Shown here: positions 23,254-37,496 of the stretch, piece after piece
How positions within the stretch are numbered: the first letter of the stretch is position 1
How the letters are laid out: each line of letters opens with the position of its first letter
Assembly: GCA_002189035.1 (NCBI GenBank)
Contig: CM007989.1
Location: forward strand, 2,790,001 to 2,854,000
DNA from: Utricularia gibba
Taxonomy: Eukaryota; Plantae; Magnoliophyta
Direction: 5' to 3'
DNA: 64,000 bases
Translations under genes and position numbers: made by a program
Notes under the pieces: generated by a model
What the model was told of the DNA's origin: nothing
The model's database searches: none
What the model saw: the letters and a program-made list of their open reading frames with translations, nothing else

Positions 23254-24019
23254 CTTGCCCCGAGATTACAATTCAACCAATCTCGATTTCAACAAGCCAA
23301 AACATCAACTTTTACAAAAATAATCAAATCGCAGATAGGTTCTGAAATAGAAAGGTTGATGCGCGAGAGGCAGTCGGTGCATCACAGATCAGATACGACG
23401 CATCAGTCCATAATTACTGGCAATGACACGATGCAGACCATTACCCATGTTGAGGATGTTGGAAAACATGAAGATTAAAAAAAAAAAACCATAACAAAGT
23501 TTTTAAAGTGCCCTCTCATGGTAGCGAGAAAATGGCGGAAAAATGGTGATCAGGGGACCCAAATAATGCGGGATATCATGGCTGTAACAGAATCAATACA
23601 TCAAACCCCATCATCATCAACAGACTGCATACCACTACCGACTTAACCGCCGCACGCGCCAGTTTTTAATTTCTTTTTTTTTGTTCCATTAATTCTAATT
23701 AAAATTCCGGACAGTTGAAAACAGAGGAGATGGAAATTCGTGTTTTTTTTTTTCAAATTTATTAAATGAAAATTGTTGAATTATTCACAGCAAGGTATTG
23801 AAAAACCGGGAAAAAAGGTCCATCCGGGTTTACCGGAATTCATTATGGATTGGGCCGGGTTGGCTACTTTTCATTCAATGTTTTGAAATGTAGATATTTT
23901 TAATTTTTTATTGTTAATACAATAAAATATATATACTTAATGACAAAATAATAGTAATTTATCCTTTATTTACATCCTTATAATGAATTTGCGTTTTTTG
24001 TCAAGCGTACATTACGGAC

Positions 24020-24073
24020 GACCGTTGATTAAACAGTGGTTCGACCGTTGATTAAACAGTGGTTCGACCGTTG
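24020..24073. repeat. 23-bp perfect tandem duplication, 2.3 copies
   Basis: GACCGTTGATTAAACAGTGGTTC twice, then GACCGTTG. Confidence 0.9.
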
Positions 24074-24646
24074 GTTGCCCTACTATTTTTTTAATTAAAA
24101 AAAGAACAGAAAAAGATAAAGTAGAAACATCATCCTTATCTTGGATGCTTCTGCTTTTAAAAAAGCTTACTGCCCTAATGATTTGAGCTTCCGACACTAG
24201 TGAGATGAATTAGAAAAGTGGTCATGCGATCAAAAAAATAATAAATTTGTGTAAATATTTTGATTATGTGAGATAAAAAGTGATAGTAATTATTTTTCTA
24301 AATGATCCGTACCAATGACTATCTTTCAAAATTTTGACTGAAAATATATTTCATTATAAAATTTTAATTAGATATAAAATCTTGAATGGGGTAAACGAAT
24401 TTTCTTTCTTCTTCTAGTCATAAATACCGTGGGTTTATTTTTATGACTGTGGGGGTGGAGACAAAACGCATATCTTGGACACAAAATTCCACAAAAGAAT
24501 AAAAAAATGTGGCCTACTGAATCGGCAATTGAAACCCTAGGAAATGTCCATTTTCTTCTTTGGAACAGTGACCTCGTCACCCTTTTTCTACACGCTCGAC
24601 TTTCTTTGTTCCTCATTCCATTTTCAAGGAGAAGGAGCTGGGTCCG

Positions 24647-25880
24647 ATGGATGGTAAGAGGACCTTGTCCTCAGATGGCGGATCCGAGACGAAGCCAGAT
24701 GGAATTGTTAATCCATTCGTCGTCTGCTCGGATCCGTCCAACCGGGACATGTCTACTATGGTCGCTGCCCTTTCTCATGTTCTTGGATGCCAGAACCTGC
24801 CGCAGCAGCCCCTGCCGGACTCGATGCACGGACCCCCCTTTTCGTCTTGGTTGCCACTAGTGTATGCTCCACTCCTGCAAGCTCAAGAACAAGGTACGGG
24901 TGTCTGAGTGAACAAGGTTCAAATAGGGTTTCCTTTGGGGAGGACTTGTGAATCATCTCTTTTCTTTTTCTGATGAACTGAATGTTTGAAATTTAGCTTC
25001 TACAGTTTCCCATTGTAATTCAGTTCAAAACCTAACAAACGATTCCAACCTCTAATCAGAAGACATTTCATCTTGTTTTTTCAAATGTTTGAAACTTCGG
25101 GTGCTTGTTGTTCGTATTATGATATATACTTCTCATTTTCAAAGAGTTCGCCATTAGAACCAGCCTAACAAGCACTCACTTATCAGAAGATGTAACTTGT
25201 ATTGATTTCATTGTCCTAACATGAAGAACTGTTCACCCTAAATGTTAGGAGCTCCTACAAATGCAAGGAGGAGGCACTACAGAGGCGTGCGGCAACGGCC
25301 ATGGGGGAAATGGGCTGCGGAGATACGCGACCCCAAGAAGGGAGCAAGAGTCTGGCTAGGCACGTTCGAATCGGCGGAAGCCGCGGCGGTAGCCTACGAT
25401 CAGGCCGCCCTCCGGTTTAAAGGCAACAAGGCTAAGGTCAATTTCCCTGAGAGGGTTCAAGAAAAGCCTGAAATGGGATATCTGACGACCACACGTCATG
25501 ATCCTTCTGCTGCTGATCAAAGGACTAGTAACCATTCTATTGCATCAGCTTCATCTCAAGTTCCAGTTTACACTCACAGCCGCCACCCCAATGTTCACCA
25601 TTTCAAGGAGCTTTATGGGGACAACGGTAATGGTTTTACCAGCGGGAGGTTCAGTTCTGGAGGGCCGATCGCAGCACCTTTATACCTCCAGCAAGCACAA
25701 ACTTTGGAAAACTTCCAGCCATGCCAGGGAGCTTCATCAGTTTCTGGTTCTTTCCAAGGTTTGGGGGGTTCGAAGGTAAGAAACCCTGATAATAATCATC
25801 ATCATCATTATAGTTTGGGTTTGTGGCTTTATCAGCCTCCATTGTATCCTAAGTTACCTCAGTCCTTTTCAGACAAGTGA
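24647..25880 (+). CDS. AP2/ERF transcription factor, group X (ERF114/ERF115/RAP2.6L-like), 2 exons
   Basis: Exon 1 (24647-24893) has [12 protein letters not shown], a CMX-1-like motif. Exon 2 (25249-25880) has the AP2 domain [27 protein letters not shown]. Confidence 0.9.
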
Positions 25881-27401
25881 TTGCATCTAAGGACACTGTA
25901 CCTCCAAAGAAGTGATTTATATATCCTTTCTATGAAATTAATGATTGTGACATAATCATCTTACCCAATTTCAAAAGTAATTTTTTTTACCCAAAAGTTG
26001 TTACCTTGGTTAGTTACTTCATAGTAGAGATCAACAGACTTGGTGTTTTTTGAGTAAAACACCCCTAACATCGATAAAAATATTCAAATTTTACCGCACC
26101 AAAACAGTACAAAAATATCGATTCTTTGTCATTGGCAATTTTCCTACACACATGAAAATTCTAATAAAAAAAGGGTTATCTTCCCATAGTTTTTAAATGG
26201 CATGAATTTACATCTAACATCAAATAAAATGGCTAGCATATGCTTTTTTATATTATTATAATTGAATTATATCTGTGATATCAAGTACTAGAAAATCTGG
26301 CCTACTCTGTGTTGCTCTCCTCTCCCCACTTGATGGATCCTACTGGAGCAGATGGAATTTGGGAGCCTCCATTCATTTGAGTAGGATTCTTCTAGACTCA
26401 CACACAGTGTTATGATTAGGGCCGGTGCCTGTGCTGGTCGTTAAGTGCAGGCATCCATCCAATGGGGAGCTTTGTGTAGGTATCAAGCTCGGCATTAATG
26501 ACAAGATTCTTGTGATAGTAATATTAAAATGGAAGAGACCTAACGTCAAAGGGCTACTGGAGCGTATAACTCCAGAGCTATGCTTTAGGGCAGTATGCAG
26601 GGAAAAGCAACGGCTTGAACTCTTCTAGTTTGCTAAACTGGGGTCCTGGTAATCTGTTCGACCGGTTCTAACTAAAACCTTGGACCAATCATGTAAAAAA
26701 AGGACACTGATGTTGATGATTTAGGCAGCTTTGTCACAAGGTGAAGAAAGTTAGTTACCTCCAACTGCTGCGCTTTTTCTTCGTCTCTTGGTTCTGTAGC
26801 TTGTCCGAAGCGGACCCTGCAAGGGGAAACGCTAGGCCTCGAGATTTGTTACTGAAAAACCAAGTATATCTCACCAAGTACGTGAGATAATGGCGCGAAT
26901 GAACACCCGGGTTTGAGAGGAGAAGATGAGGAAGGTTGTCTGAGAAACTATCTTTTTTGCGGTGCTTTGGTATCTTAGAGAACAAGACGCCGCACGTGGA
27001 ATAATGAAAAAAAATGAGTGTGAAGGTCAGGAACTAAAGTCGTCATGGATATCGGCCGAATGGATTCTCACCAAAAAAGTCAACGTTCACGGTCGCTGTA
27101 CAGAGCTGATGTCGGACACGACAAGATAGGAATCAAAAGTGGCACTAGCCGCAAGTTCTACAGTTCAAGTTTGTTGGGCCTGGATAAAGTTCAAAGCTTT
27201 GTCTTCTCTCTCGTTGTACATAGCCCATTGCCCTGCTCATTTATCTGAATGATCATTGGTAAGAGTTACGTTGTTGTTGTCTTTATTCCTGCATTGCTGA
27301 TTGTTGTTATTATTAGTAGATCCTGGCTGTTTCTGAGGCGTCTGTCTATGGAAGGAAGATCGTTTGACTTGAAGATTTTTACTTGATTGCTAGTTAAACA
27401 T

Positions 27402-30400
27402 TTAAGTTTCAGGGAAAAGTTCATCTGTAAGGGCAGGGGCTATCCATTTGATCTGATAATATGTGGTGTCCCATAGATCGTCATGACCATCCTGCCTCAA
27501 GATGCCTTTTTCCTTCATCTTGATCACAATCTTCTTCAGAAGATCAGGAATGAGGTCTGGTAGTTTTGACTCACCGAAGTCGCCTAAATCTGCCTTCATG
27601 CATGTGTCCATCCTCCTGAGGATCCCCAGCCAAAATGTCCTGAAGCTAGGACTTTCTGAAATTGGCTTTATGAAATGCAAATAAACTTCTGTCAACACTT
27701 CCATTGCCAGCTTAAGAGTGCCCTCCATGCTTTTTGCTTCCCTCTCTGTTTTCTTTGAGTACTGCAGCATCTTTTCGTGTAAATCGTCTACCATTGCGAA
27801 GATGACATTGTAAAACGAGTTGACACAGTTCACTGGTATGAATAGAAGGTCTTCAGCTAAGATAAAGCTTCTCTGGAGAGAAGCAACTGCATGGTTCCTC
27901 ACTTCTTCTCTTCTTGCTAGGCTAGTTTTTCTCAGGGATTCACCTAGACGTTGAAATAAGTTTATGGGGTTGTAGAATTTTGACCCTTCTTCAGTTGCGG
28001 AGCCGTTGGAATTGCTTCCTCCTGCACCTGATGGATCCATGTATGCTGCTCTATACCAATCCACTAACAAACCTGCTGATTCTGCCATCAGGTCCATGAT
28101 TTTTAAGTTATTGTCTATAAGGCTATGCTTCAGAGCGATGAAGCCGAATGCGCAGTCAATGCAATTCGGATAGTTAATCTTTGTTATGTGAGTAGCATCT
28201 GACATGAATATGATCAAACTGTTAACACCCCGATCATATGTTTCTGGAAGACGACCTGTAACAGAAAGTAGATGTAGAACTGAGGCCCAGCCGAGCTGTG
28301 TTTGAAGTTTGTCTGGATGGTCTGCAATAATCTTGATAGCAGACTGCAACAGGAACTCAGAACAAATATCAAGAATCTCTTTGTCTGTCCTCCACATGAA
28401 GTTTATAGATTTGAACAGAATTTCCTCTGAGCTACCGAGTTCATTCGTAGAAAGAAGCTTCAGGCACATCTTCATTAAGGATATGATCGCCTTTCCACAG
28501 AACTGTTGAGAAGAAAAAAGAGGAAACTGTGTCACTTCCACCATGTAATCGTGATATCGAGGCCAAAAAGTTGATAGTCGGTAGGCATTTGCGAGAGTCA
28601 GAGAGGTGATCAACTCCCAACAGAATACTATAATCTCCTCTTCCTCAATCAGAGTGTTGAATTTCTGTCCTTTCCCACCTGCAGCAAATATGATGCACCG
28701 TCCGAGATCAAGCAGAGACTCTACAGGTAAATTTGAACTTGTACTGAAAATGCTTCCAATGCGGCATTGTTGAATGATTCTCATATTCTGTTCAAGTTCA
28801 TTCAATCCAAGATTCATAGCTTCTTCAACACTCTCCATGGACGTAAAATTGAGAAATTTTGCCATGATTCCTGAACCATGGCGCCTGTTTCTTGACTTAT
28901 GATCTTGAGTTGGCAGATTAGCACCTGATTCTGTTGTTTTGAATGGTGGCTCTGTGTTGTCCTGTTCGAATGTCGATGGTGGAAGCAGCTTCAGCCTTTT
29001 GAGCTTCAGCAAACACTCAAAAATAGTTCTCCATCCCCCTCTAATGGAATCTTTGAAAGCATTTGCAATTGTAAACACTGCCAGAATTGCCATCTTTGGT
29101 TTCATATCATGGCTGAAAGCATATAATGTTTCCTCAGAAGAGGCGTAGGGGTTGAGTAATGTAGTGAATTTGCAGAATGAACAAAGGATCTCATCCAGAG
29201 TATCTTCTAGTCCATACTTTGCAATTCTGGCTGCTGAAAACAATGTCTCGATGCATTCGTGAAGTATTTCTTCTTCATCTGAGTGCTCAAAAACTGCAGC
29301 AAGTGTTGCAAGTGAGGGTCCTGCAATGGCAGCAAACATATCTCTTCCCAATCTACGTTCAAAATCACAGAGAATGAAGGGCTGAATGGTTTTTGAGCGG
29401 TTTATCAGCTGGATCCATCTGCTTGGATTCATATCCACCGGCACACCGGATTGATCCAGGCTTATCGCATTGTTGGAAATGGACTGAAAAAGCTCGGAAA
29501 GATACTCTCGAGGTAGATCATTACCTCCATTGATTGCTCTATTGTTTCTAATGAAATCTTCCTCAGTCATCTTCTTTTTCACTTGTGGGTTGTGCTGATC
29601 TGTGTTGAGCATAATGATTGAATAGCATAAGATCATAACTGCGTCCTTGCTGACAAACAGATCTGAGGATTGTTGTTCATACAACTTCTCAGAGAAGGCC
29701 TCCAGTATTCTCTGGATTTTCTGAGATTCTCCTGGTAACCGAAACGTCTCCAGATATGTTCGTAGTGCAGTGTCGAGAACCATTCCAGAAAACTCAAATG
29801 TGTTGGTGAATTCCCTGAGAACTTGAAGGTGGAAGGCATCAGGATCACCAAGAAAATCACCTATCATGGTCTTGTCTAGTTTTGGGGTGTATCTGAAAAA
29901 CAAGGCATAAGCTTTGGCATCTGGTGGATCTGATATGAGTTGAGAGATCTTCAAATATTCCAGTCCCTTTTTGTCGTCTCGGTTGAAATGGTTTCCGGCT
30001 ATCAAGATCTTCCGTTTTTGCACTTTTCTGTATCTCACAAACTCCACCCAAGTTTCCCCATCACTCTCTGGTAGCTTTTCTTCCCAAAAAGGCCTGTAAC
30101 ATGATATTTCCACAGAGTATGGCCCGGACGGGCCGGAATCGTCTTCTCTGTCAATGTTATCAGCTATGGTGTGAAAAATGAGTGCTAGTCCTTCAAATGC
30201 CTGAAACTGGATGCTGCTCATCCGCCCTCCTGTGGGAAAGGCATACTTGCAAAGCAACCTGCCTGTTTCCTCAAACACGTTCTTGAAAGTTGGATCGCAG
30301 TCATAATTCACATAAACTTCTATTGTGAATGTAGGTTGCCTGCAGAAGTTTATGATCCCCTCAACTGCAACTTCTTGCAACTGAGGCGATCTTCCTGCAG

Positions 30401-31615
30401 TGGCAACCTTGAACAACACGAATGAGAAGAATGCTTCCAGCTGAAGACGTATGTACCTGTAAGGGAGGATGAGTTTTTGCTCTACTTTCTGATTGGAATA
30501 CTTTTGTGTGTCTTTGCTGACCTGCGAAAGAAGTGGTATATGTTGAGAACAGTGCTGCAAATCATGGATAAAACCAGGGGACTTGAAGTGGTGCCATAGT
30601 GGATCAAGTGATGGAACAGGTCATCTTGGATCATCCTCAGGAGCTTTGGATGCTTCCCAATGCTGTCTCCACTCAACTCGATTGCAGAGTTGATCAAATA
30701 CAATGCGAATGCCTGCATGTTCTCGTCGGCGGTCTGATACGTCATCCCATCTGATTCCAGAATGTCCACAACATTGAGCAACGAGCACAGAAAGTGGAAG
30801 ATGTCAATAGCAGAACGGATCCCAAATCCAGCGTCCATGTTGTTGTCCTCTGAGTCTGATTCCGAGTTCTCCCAGTCGTTGACTTCGATATCCGGTAATC
30901 TCGAGAAGATGATCTGGATGAGCTCGTGCATTGTGTACTTTGCACTGCGCTGCAGCGAGTCTCCCCTGTTCGCAGACTGTTGAACTACCTGGATGATCAC
31001 AGCACCGAAAACAAGAGTTTTGACTCTTTTGCAGCTCAGTTGTTTGGATTGTGATGTTGGTACCTGAAAGGACGTATTAACGATGGTGCAGACTGAATAA
31101 TCTGTGAGCAGAACTGAAGCTGAATGTTTCATGATGGCGACCAAAGCATGCAGGATCCTCATCATGACAGCATCCTCGGCCATGGGGCTGGTTTTTTCCA
31201 GCCTGCAGCTTGTGATGGCCGTGACAGTCAGGTTTATAACTTCCCTAGCACCAGGGGAGCTCTCGCTGAACACTTCAAGCTGTAGTATCTTCAAAACGGA
31301 CTGCAGGGCGGCCGCCGTGGCTGCTGCCGGAACGTCGTCGCTCTGAAGGACATCAAGAAAAGGTGAAAGGTAGACACAAGGATGTATAGCATGCCATTCT
31401 TGCTGAGGATTGAAGAGGAGGGCTCTGAGGGATTTGAGAGACTGCAGAATCCATGGATCGCAGCCGTCGTCGGGGCGGTGGTAGAAGCCGGAGTTCGACT
31501 CCCGGATCACGGCGAGCAACGCCCCGACCTCCGTGTTGAGCATACATGATAATCCCAATTCCTTCCTCCTGGATCTCCCCATTGAACAAGAAGAGTCTTG
31601 CTCCCCTGAATCCAT
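27402..31615 (-). CDS. GNL2: GNOM-like 2 ARF guanine-nucleotide exchange factor (Sec7), 3 exons
   Basis: RKELGLSCMLNTEVGALLAVIR N-terminus, VYVNYDCDP, and Sec7 FRLPGESQKIQRILEAF...MLNTDQHNPQVKKKMT. Introns 30989-31063 and 30457-30521. Reading frame intact. Confidence 0.93.
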
Positions 31616-33058
31616 CCTGTTCTCTGTTTGAGAGTTGGTTGACAATTTGCTGTTATTACAGTTAAAGGTTGTTATCACAATAACCGTTTCACCATTCACC
31701 CAAGCTGCCTCTTGTTTACTTGAAATATGTGCGGCAAGGAGCAATTTTTGTAACATAAACATAACAATGCATCTCATTCGGATGGATGAAACGAAGCACC
31801 AGCGTTCAGTAAGTTGTCTTCTGATCCTTCTTCGTTTTGTCGACAAGGATTCACCACCGCCGGCCATCGGAAGGAAGCTCCGACCCCGACTCTGACCTCG
31901 TTCGTCTGAAGCATCCTCCACATGATCTGGGCATCCTCGTACCCACAAGTCTGTATGTCATCACGTAGCTTCAGAAGCCCCCTCCCTGAAACAAACATGA
32001 ACAGAAGCTCAGGTCAGCCTCCATGAAAGAACCAGAGGCTAACTGATGTTGTATTGCAAAACTGATCGGTCTATCAACAGAATCAAAAGCTTGTATTCTC
32101 TACGTCTGGCAAGTCGAAAACCATCAAAGGGTTCTACATTCTACAGAAGATGCATTACCGACGCGTCTCAAGAATGTTCAGATCGACCATAAACCTGAGA
32201 TCATCAGGTGAAGGATAAAGATATACGTACCGCTTTGTTTGCGAGACCTGCAACAAGTGGAGAGAGCTCTCCTGATACGGAAAACTACTCTGCGCCACAA
32301 CTCCATACCCTTTAGCAGGCGGGGGGTGAACCATCAATAATCCATACGCCACTTTATAGGAAAACTGGAATGATGGAGTTTTCATTCCACCGACAGGCAT
32401 GCGTGGACTTGGCTTTTGGAGGCTTCAATGATATGGCGTTCATTTAATTCAGGCACGTTGTCCTTCTGGTTAGCATGTGGCCCATCAGATTCCTTAAACT
32501 TTGTACTGCTCTGCTCATCTTCAATCGCCATTACTCATGGTCCATCATTTTTCAAACCTGTCTGGAGTTCATTTTTGAAATAGCAATTTTGATAAGTGGG
32601 AGTTGGGGACATTTGATTCATTAAGCATCTTGTGTAGTTTCATTGTCAACATGCACCAACCAATTCTGACTTTTCTCAATCATAATGCCATATTCCCAGT
32701 TGGTATGCGTTGTTCTAAGAAGGAACTACTGTAGTTGCAGTATGAATTTATATGGAAAACGTAACAAGGAAATATGGGTGCCTTCTACCAGAGATGAGGA
32801 CAGTATTCAAGTCCAACTTAATTAACCTTTCCAATCACAGAGGCCATTATCATTGAACAAATCATTCAGCTGTCTGCTTTATATAACAAATGTTTTAATG
32901 AGGCTACTTGAACAAGTGTTGGAATTTTTTTATAGTTTTGTTGTACCAACTAGCAACTTGCTGTGTAACTATCAAACGTGAAATAACGAGAAATATACAG
33001 CAGAGAGAAGGATTGATCAGTCTCCTACCTACATGAAAGTAGCTTCAAGAATCATCAA

Positions 33059-36000
33059 TCACACTTGATGGCCATCATCCATGTTCTTCATGTATTCCTT
33101 GGACAGCTTGGTTTCCATTACTAGTTTCTGCTCTCTCATGAGATCGCATCCCGATTCGAGTAAAGCTTTCAATGTTTGCTGCACCAGAAGATGTACATAC
33201 AAATAAAAAAACTAGTAAAATAAGATATGCTGCTAAATTACTTCATCCAGTGGTTTCTGATCTCTCGTTCCTTGTGGCATTGTATCTCATATGATCTTAA
33301 CTAAATTCTTGCACAGCCAGCTGAATAGCACATTTTCAGTAATACTCAGACTCATAGTACCTTGGGTGGAGTAAAATCTGGAAAAATTTCACCCTTTTTC
33401 TGTTTTAGAAGATGGGAGCCTAGATTTTCAGCTCCTCCATTGTCATTTACCCACTGCAGAAAAAAAGTTCGGGCATCTAATGAGAAGGGAGAGAGAAACG
33501 ATTATTGACTAGAAAGAGTGGTAAAATCAAGACTCTAAGCAATATACTGTTGGGTACCTTTAAAATTGAGCGATCATAAGTTCTTGATCTCAAAGCACCA
33601 TAGAAATCCAAAGCTGAGAAGCAGATGTGAAGAAATAATAGAAAAAAAGTTGAGTGCAATTGTAAGTGAAAGATTTTTTATCGGTAACCTACAAAGGGTC
33701 AAAAGTTCAAATCTTGGCTATGTCATTCAATCACATCTTACCACCTTTACCATGAACCAGTTATCAAGATGGCCCATGACGGTTCACACAAAATACCCAT
33801 AAACTTCTGCTTTTAAGTTTTTCATTGTATCATAGACAGCAAATATATATTCAGAAGCATAATACCTTGATTAGGAAACTCCTCTACAACTTTCACAATC
33901 TCATCCCTTTGAATTCCATCTTTCATATACATCCTGTAAACAATATTGACAATGTCTTCTTGCGTAGGCTGCCTGCACCAATAGGGTGTACCATATAAGA
34001 CCACAAAAGCAAGACAAGTTTGACAACTCATGGCGGAGTCATAGTAGGTCACCAGTAAAACTTATCCATTCTTCCATCACGAATCAAAGGAGCATAAATC
34101 GTTGTAAAGTCATTTCCAGTCACAATAATAGGGATGCGGTTTGTGATGTCATTTTCTCTCCAAACCTGCCCTATGCTAACTCTTGTAGGATTATCAGATA
34201 CATTCATGAGGGTTCCAACAACAATCTGATTATTAACAGTCATCTGCGTGTTACCTATATAAATAAAATAAGACATATTATGAAATTTATGAACGCCTTC
34301 TATATCATCAAACTGGATCAGATCATCAAGCCGAGAAATTTGGCATTCCAAGGGGGTGCGTTCTTCAAAATTTCAATAAGACAGCATACAAAGTTTCTCA
34401 CCAAATCTACCCAGGCCAGCATCAATATCATTGATCATCAAACAGCTCATTTTTCCCTGCAAAAAATGCTCCATATCATCATTGGATCATACATGGACAA
34501 AAACATTACTGGCATCAACGAGGATACTTCACAGTAGAAGTGTCTAAATAAAAGCTCTCCACAGCATCGAGTCACCACATTTCTTGATAACTAAAAAATA
34601 GCAGCATGAATGCTCGTTTGATCCAGTAACATTAGGAATGAAAGACGAACTTTTTATAATTATTGATCATTATCAATTACAGAAAATATTCCAACATTCT
34701 AAACCTACACTTCTATCATTTTCTTTTAATAAAATTTTGCGGTACCATGGTATCTCGGGTCTTATTACACATCTAATGACAATCTCTCATTAAGTTTTGG
34801 ATGGTTTTTGACATATATCTATATCAACAATCAAAAAAATAAATAAAACATATGGCCAGTTAACTAAGTGGGACTGACTTCCGCAAATATCCAGGTTTAG
34901 GCTCAAAATCACAGTAAAAAAAACGTAGTCACCGAAAGAGGAATTCTACAGATGTATAGTAATGAAAAACTTGCTAACTTGGTTTTGAACAACTTGGGAA
35001 GCTGTTCTGTACCGTTCACGAATCAGTTTTCCTGGTTCTCCTGCACAAGTACGATATGATCGTTAAATTATACAAGCTATACCATCGGTCATCTCAGCAA
35101 TGAATGCATACCTGCTTTTTCTGATTCTAGCTCTCCTGCTGACATAATAACTGGCTCAACCCCCATTGCTTGGAAAATAAGTTCGGTTTGAAAAGTTTTT
35201 CCTTGTCCTTTTCCTCCCCATATTCCTACAGACGACCAATTAAAATATTTCCCATAGAGTGGCCAATAGGCATCATGTGAGAATTTAAGTACCTAAAATT
35301 AGGGGGACCTTGACATCTAGAAGATGAGCAATGTAATTCTTCACAATGTGGCACACTGCAATTGGACCATAAACATATTATGGAAACCAAGAACAGTCAA
35401 AGCTAAAACATGAAAAATATGTTGCCATAAAACAAAGGAATATTCCAGCGCACATGCAAAGTTCTTCATTCATAGTGATTCACAAGCCACGAATACACAT
35501 GCACAGATTCCCGGGTGCATTCTGTTTTCAAATGTTTTTCTCATACATGACGCGACACTACATTCTCAATTGAACTTATAAAAAGGTTACTGGTGTTGTT
35601 ATAGTGCACTGAAGAAAACAGGGTGGACACTGTTTTGTACTGAAGTAACAATACTAATGGCTGAAGCAGTGTTGACAAGAACGTTTACCATCAAATGGAG
35701 ATGGTTACACTAAAACTGGAAAAAAGATCAAGCTTTGCACAACCCAAATTCAGTTTGTTGAATGAAGAAGGCTTTCTTCACTAGGAAAGAAGGACCTACC
35801 GATTTTATCCTGTCATCACCAGATCAAAGGCTATGAGCATATTAAAAGAACACCAAAAAGGCAGCCTTTTCAATAAAAAAGCCGTACCATGAAAAGGGGA
35901 GCGATGTAATAATCTCCCTGAAGATACTCAAACGATCTTGTAACCTTCTGCCTATAATCGAACACGATATCCGCTGGCAAGTTGGAACAAGGAAAAGCAA

Positions 36001-36350
36001 TATCAATTGGAAAAACCGGCAAAATAGTTGCATAGTCCAACGCACAAAACTTCTCCACACATACCGTCTTTTCCCAGAAAATTGCCCGTAAAGATATCAT
36101 CAATAACACCAGCCCTAGCTCCTACAGCAATATTCATATTATCCGCCTCTGCCCCAAGCCTATACAAGTAATCTTTGCCCTCAGCATCCGTGGCTTCCCA
36201 GGAGGACTGCTTGGACAACTTCTTTCCGCCATTTTCTTCAGCTTTACCGCAGCATAGAGTGTGAAAGGCGGGTTTTCTTGGACAGACGAAGGGACATGAG
36301 TGGAAGTGGTATTTGATAAATGAAGGCGAAATCTGGAAGCAAGAAGCCAT
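33059..36350 (-). CDS. Chloroplast Rubisco-activase-like AAA+ ATPase (the divergent RCA-like family, not canonical RCA)
   Basis: Transit-peptide-like N-terminus, DYLYRLGAEADN, DIVFDYRQKVTRSFEYLQGDYYIAP, Walker A GGKGQGKT, CLMINDIDAGLGRFG, LDFYGALRSR. About 11 exons including a 10-nt exon at 35800-35809. Frame intact. Confidence 0.9.
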
Positions 36351-37488
36351 CTTGGAAACTCAGAGGTTTCTGTGGTTCCCCATGGAAGATAACTGAGCCT
36401 CCCATTCCCAACCAAAATGGATTTCGCATTCCCCTTGTAGCAAACAACTCACAAAGTACTCCCATTTGACGCCACATGCAGTTGAATTCCCACGTCTTCT
36501 TACTCAAAAGTAAACCGTGACTGACAAAAACGTTAATCCTGTAGGAGCCTCGTCCCAGATTACCTAGGAAAGCGCGCTCGCCATAAATTCCATCATCATG
36601 CTTGTGTGATTACCAGTTAATTAAGTACCGTGTTAATGATTGCGCCAATGAATTAGTTTGTTTAGGGCATATTTTGCATGGGCCAACTCAAAGCCCTAAC
36701 GCCTTATCTGGGCCGCAGGTCAGCTGGGTCACGGCCCACTCGCATACATTCCATGGAATGAGTTCCCAAGTTGCAACCGTGATCACCATTCCTAACTCCC
36801 TTTGGGCGGAATGCCCCCATGGCGACGACTACAGTGGCATCGGAGTGACTCTGTCTTTGCCCTACGGTCTCCGGAGGTTTCCCCGTCGTCACTACCTCGG
36901 AGAAGCTACGTCTCCCACCGGAGAGGGCGAATACCTTATCGAATACAACCACTTAGCCCCAAGAATCAAACTCCCTGCGCAACCCATTGCATCGCCACTT
37001 CTTTCTTCGACCCAATTGTTGAAATTGAAAGGCCTTTCCGCTGTGAGATCTACGTACCCTACTAGAATCAATCAAAGCCGCTAACCCTGGTCTCTCGGGA
37101 ATGACCGTCACCCTACTTCTGCATTGGGAGCCAGTATTGCATCCATTGTGCTCATCGGAATTCGAGGTTTGTCATCGGAAATGCGCTCATGTGCCTTTTC
37201 ACCCAGCATTGCATCCATTGCGAGCACGATCTTCCCACTGTGAAAATGATCTCTACTGCCTGTCGCGCCATAGCGAGGGAATGGGACGAGGGTTGTGCGT
37301 ATTATTCATTTCTATTTATTATTTATTTTATTGAAGTTATTGGGCTTATTAAATTACACACGTTAAAGAAGATGGGCAATAAAAATGGGCCATTGGCTCT
37401 ATGTTGGACATTATGGGCATACTTCTTGAGGGGTTTTCCAGATGGGCTCATCGAGAAAAGATGTGGAGTTCTCCTCGCGACTCCTAGC

Positions 37489-37496
37489 TTTCCCGC
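37489..37496 (+). promoter_or_regulatory. E2F/DP binding site TTTCCCGC upstream of DPB2
   Basis: Exact canonical motif about 105 bp before the ATG of a DNA-replication gene. TGGGCY site II motifs lie nearby. Confidence 0.7.

Noticed and set aside
17616-31615. ARF-GAP and ARF-GEF within 14 kb, next to an auxin response factor, as a functional cluster
   Set aside because: ARF in ARF2 is an unrelated acronym. The proximity is explained by synteny and the inferred inversion, and the sequence gives no evidence of co-regulation.
31900-32531. Apparent chain of minus-strand mini-exons and a 49-aa ORF (32382-32531) between RCA-like and GNL2
   Set aside because: Two implied introns are only 27 and 36 nt, phases do not join into one frame, and the peptide has no recognisable homology.
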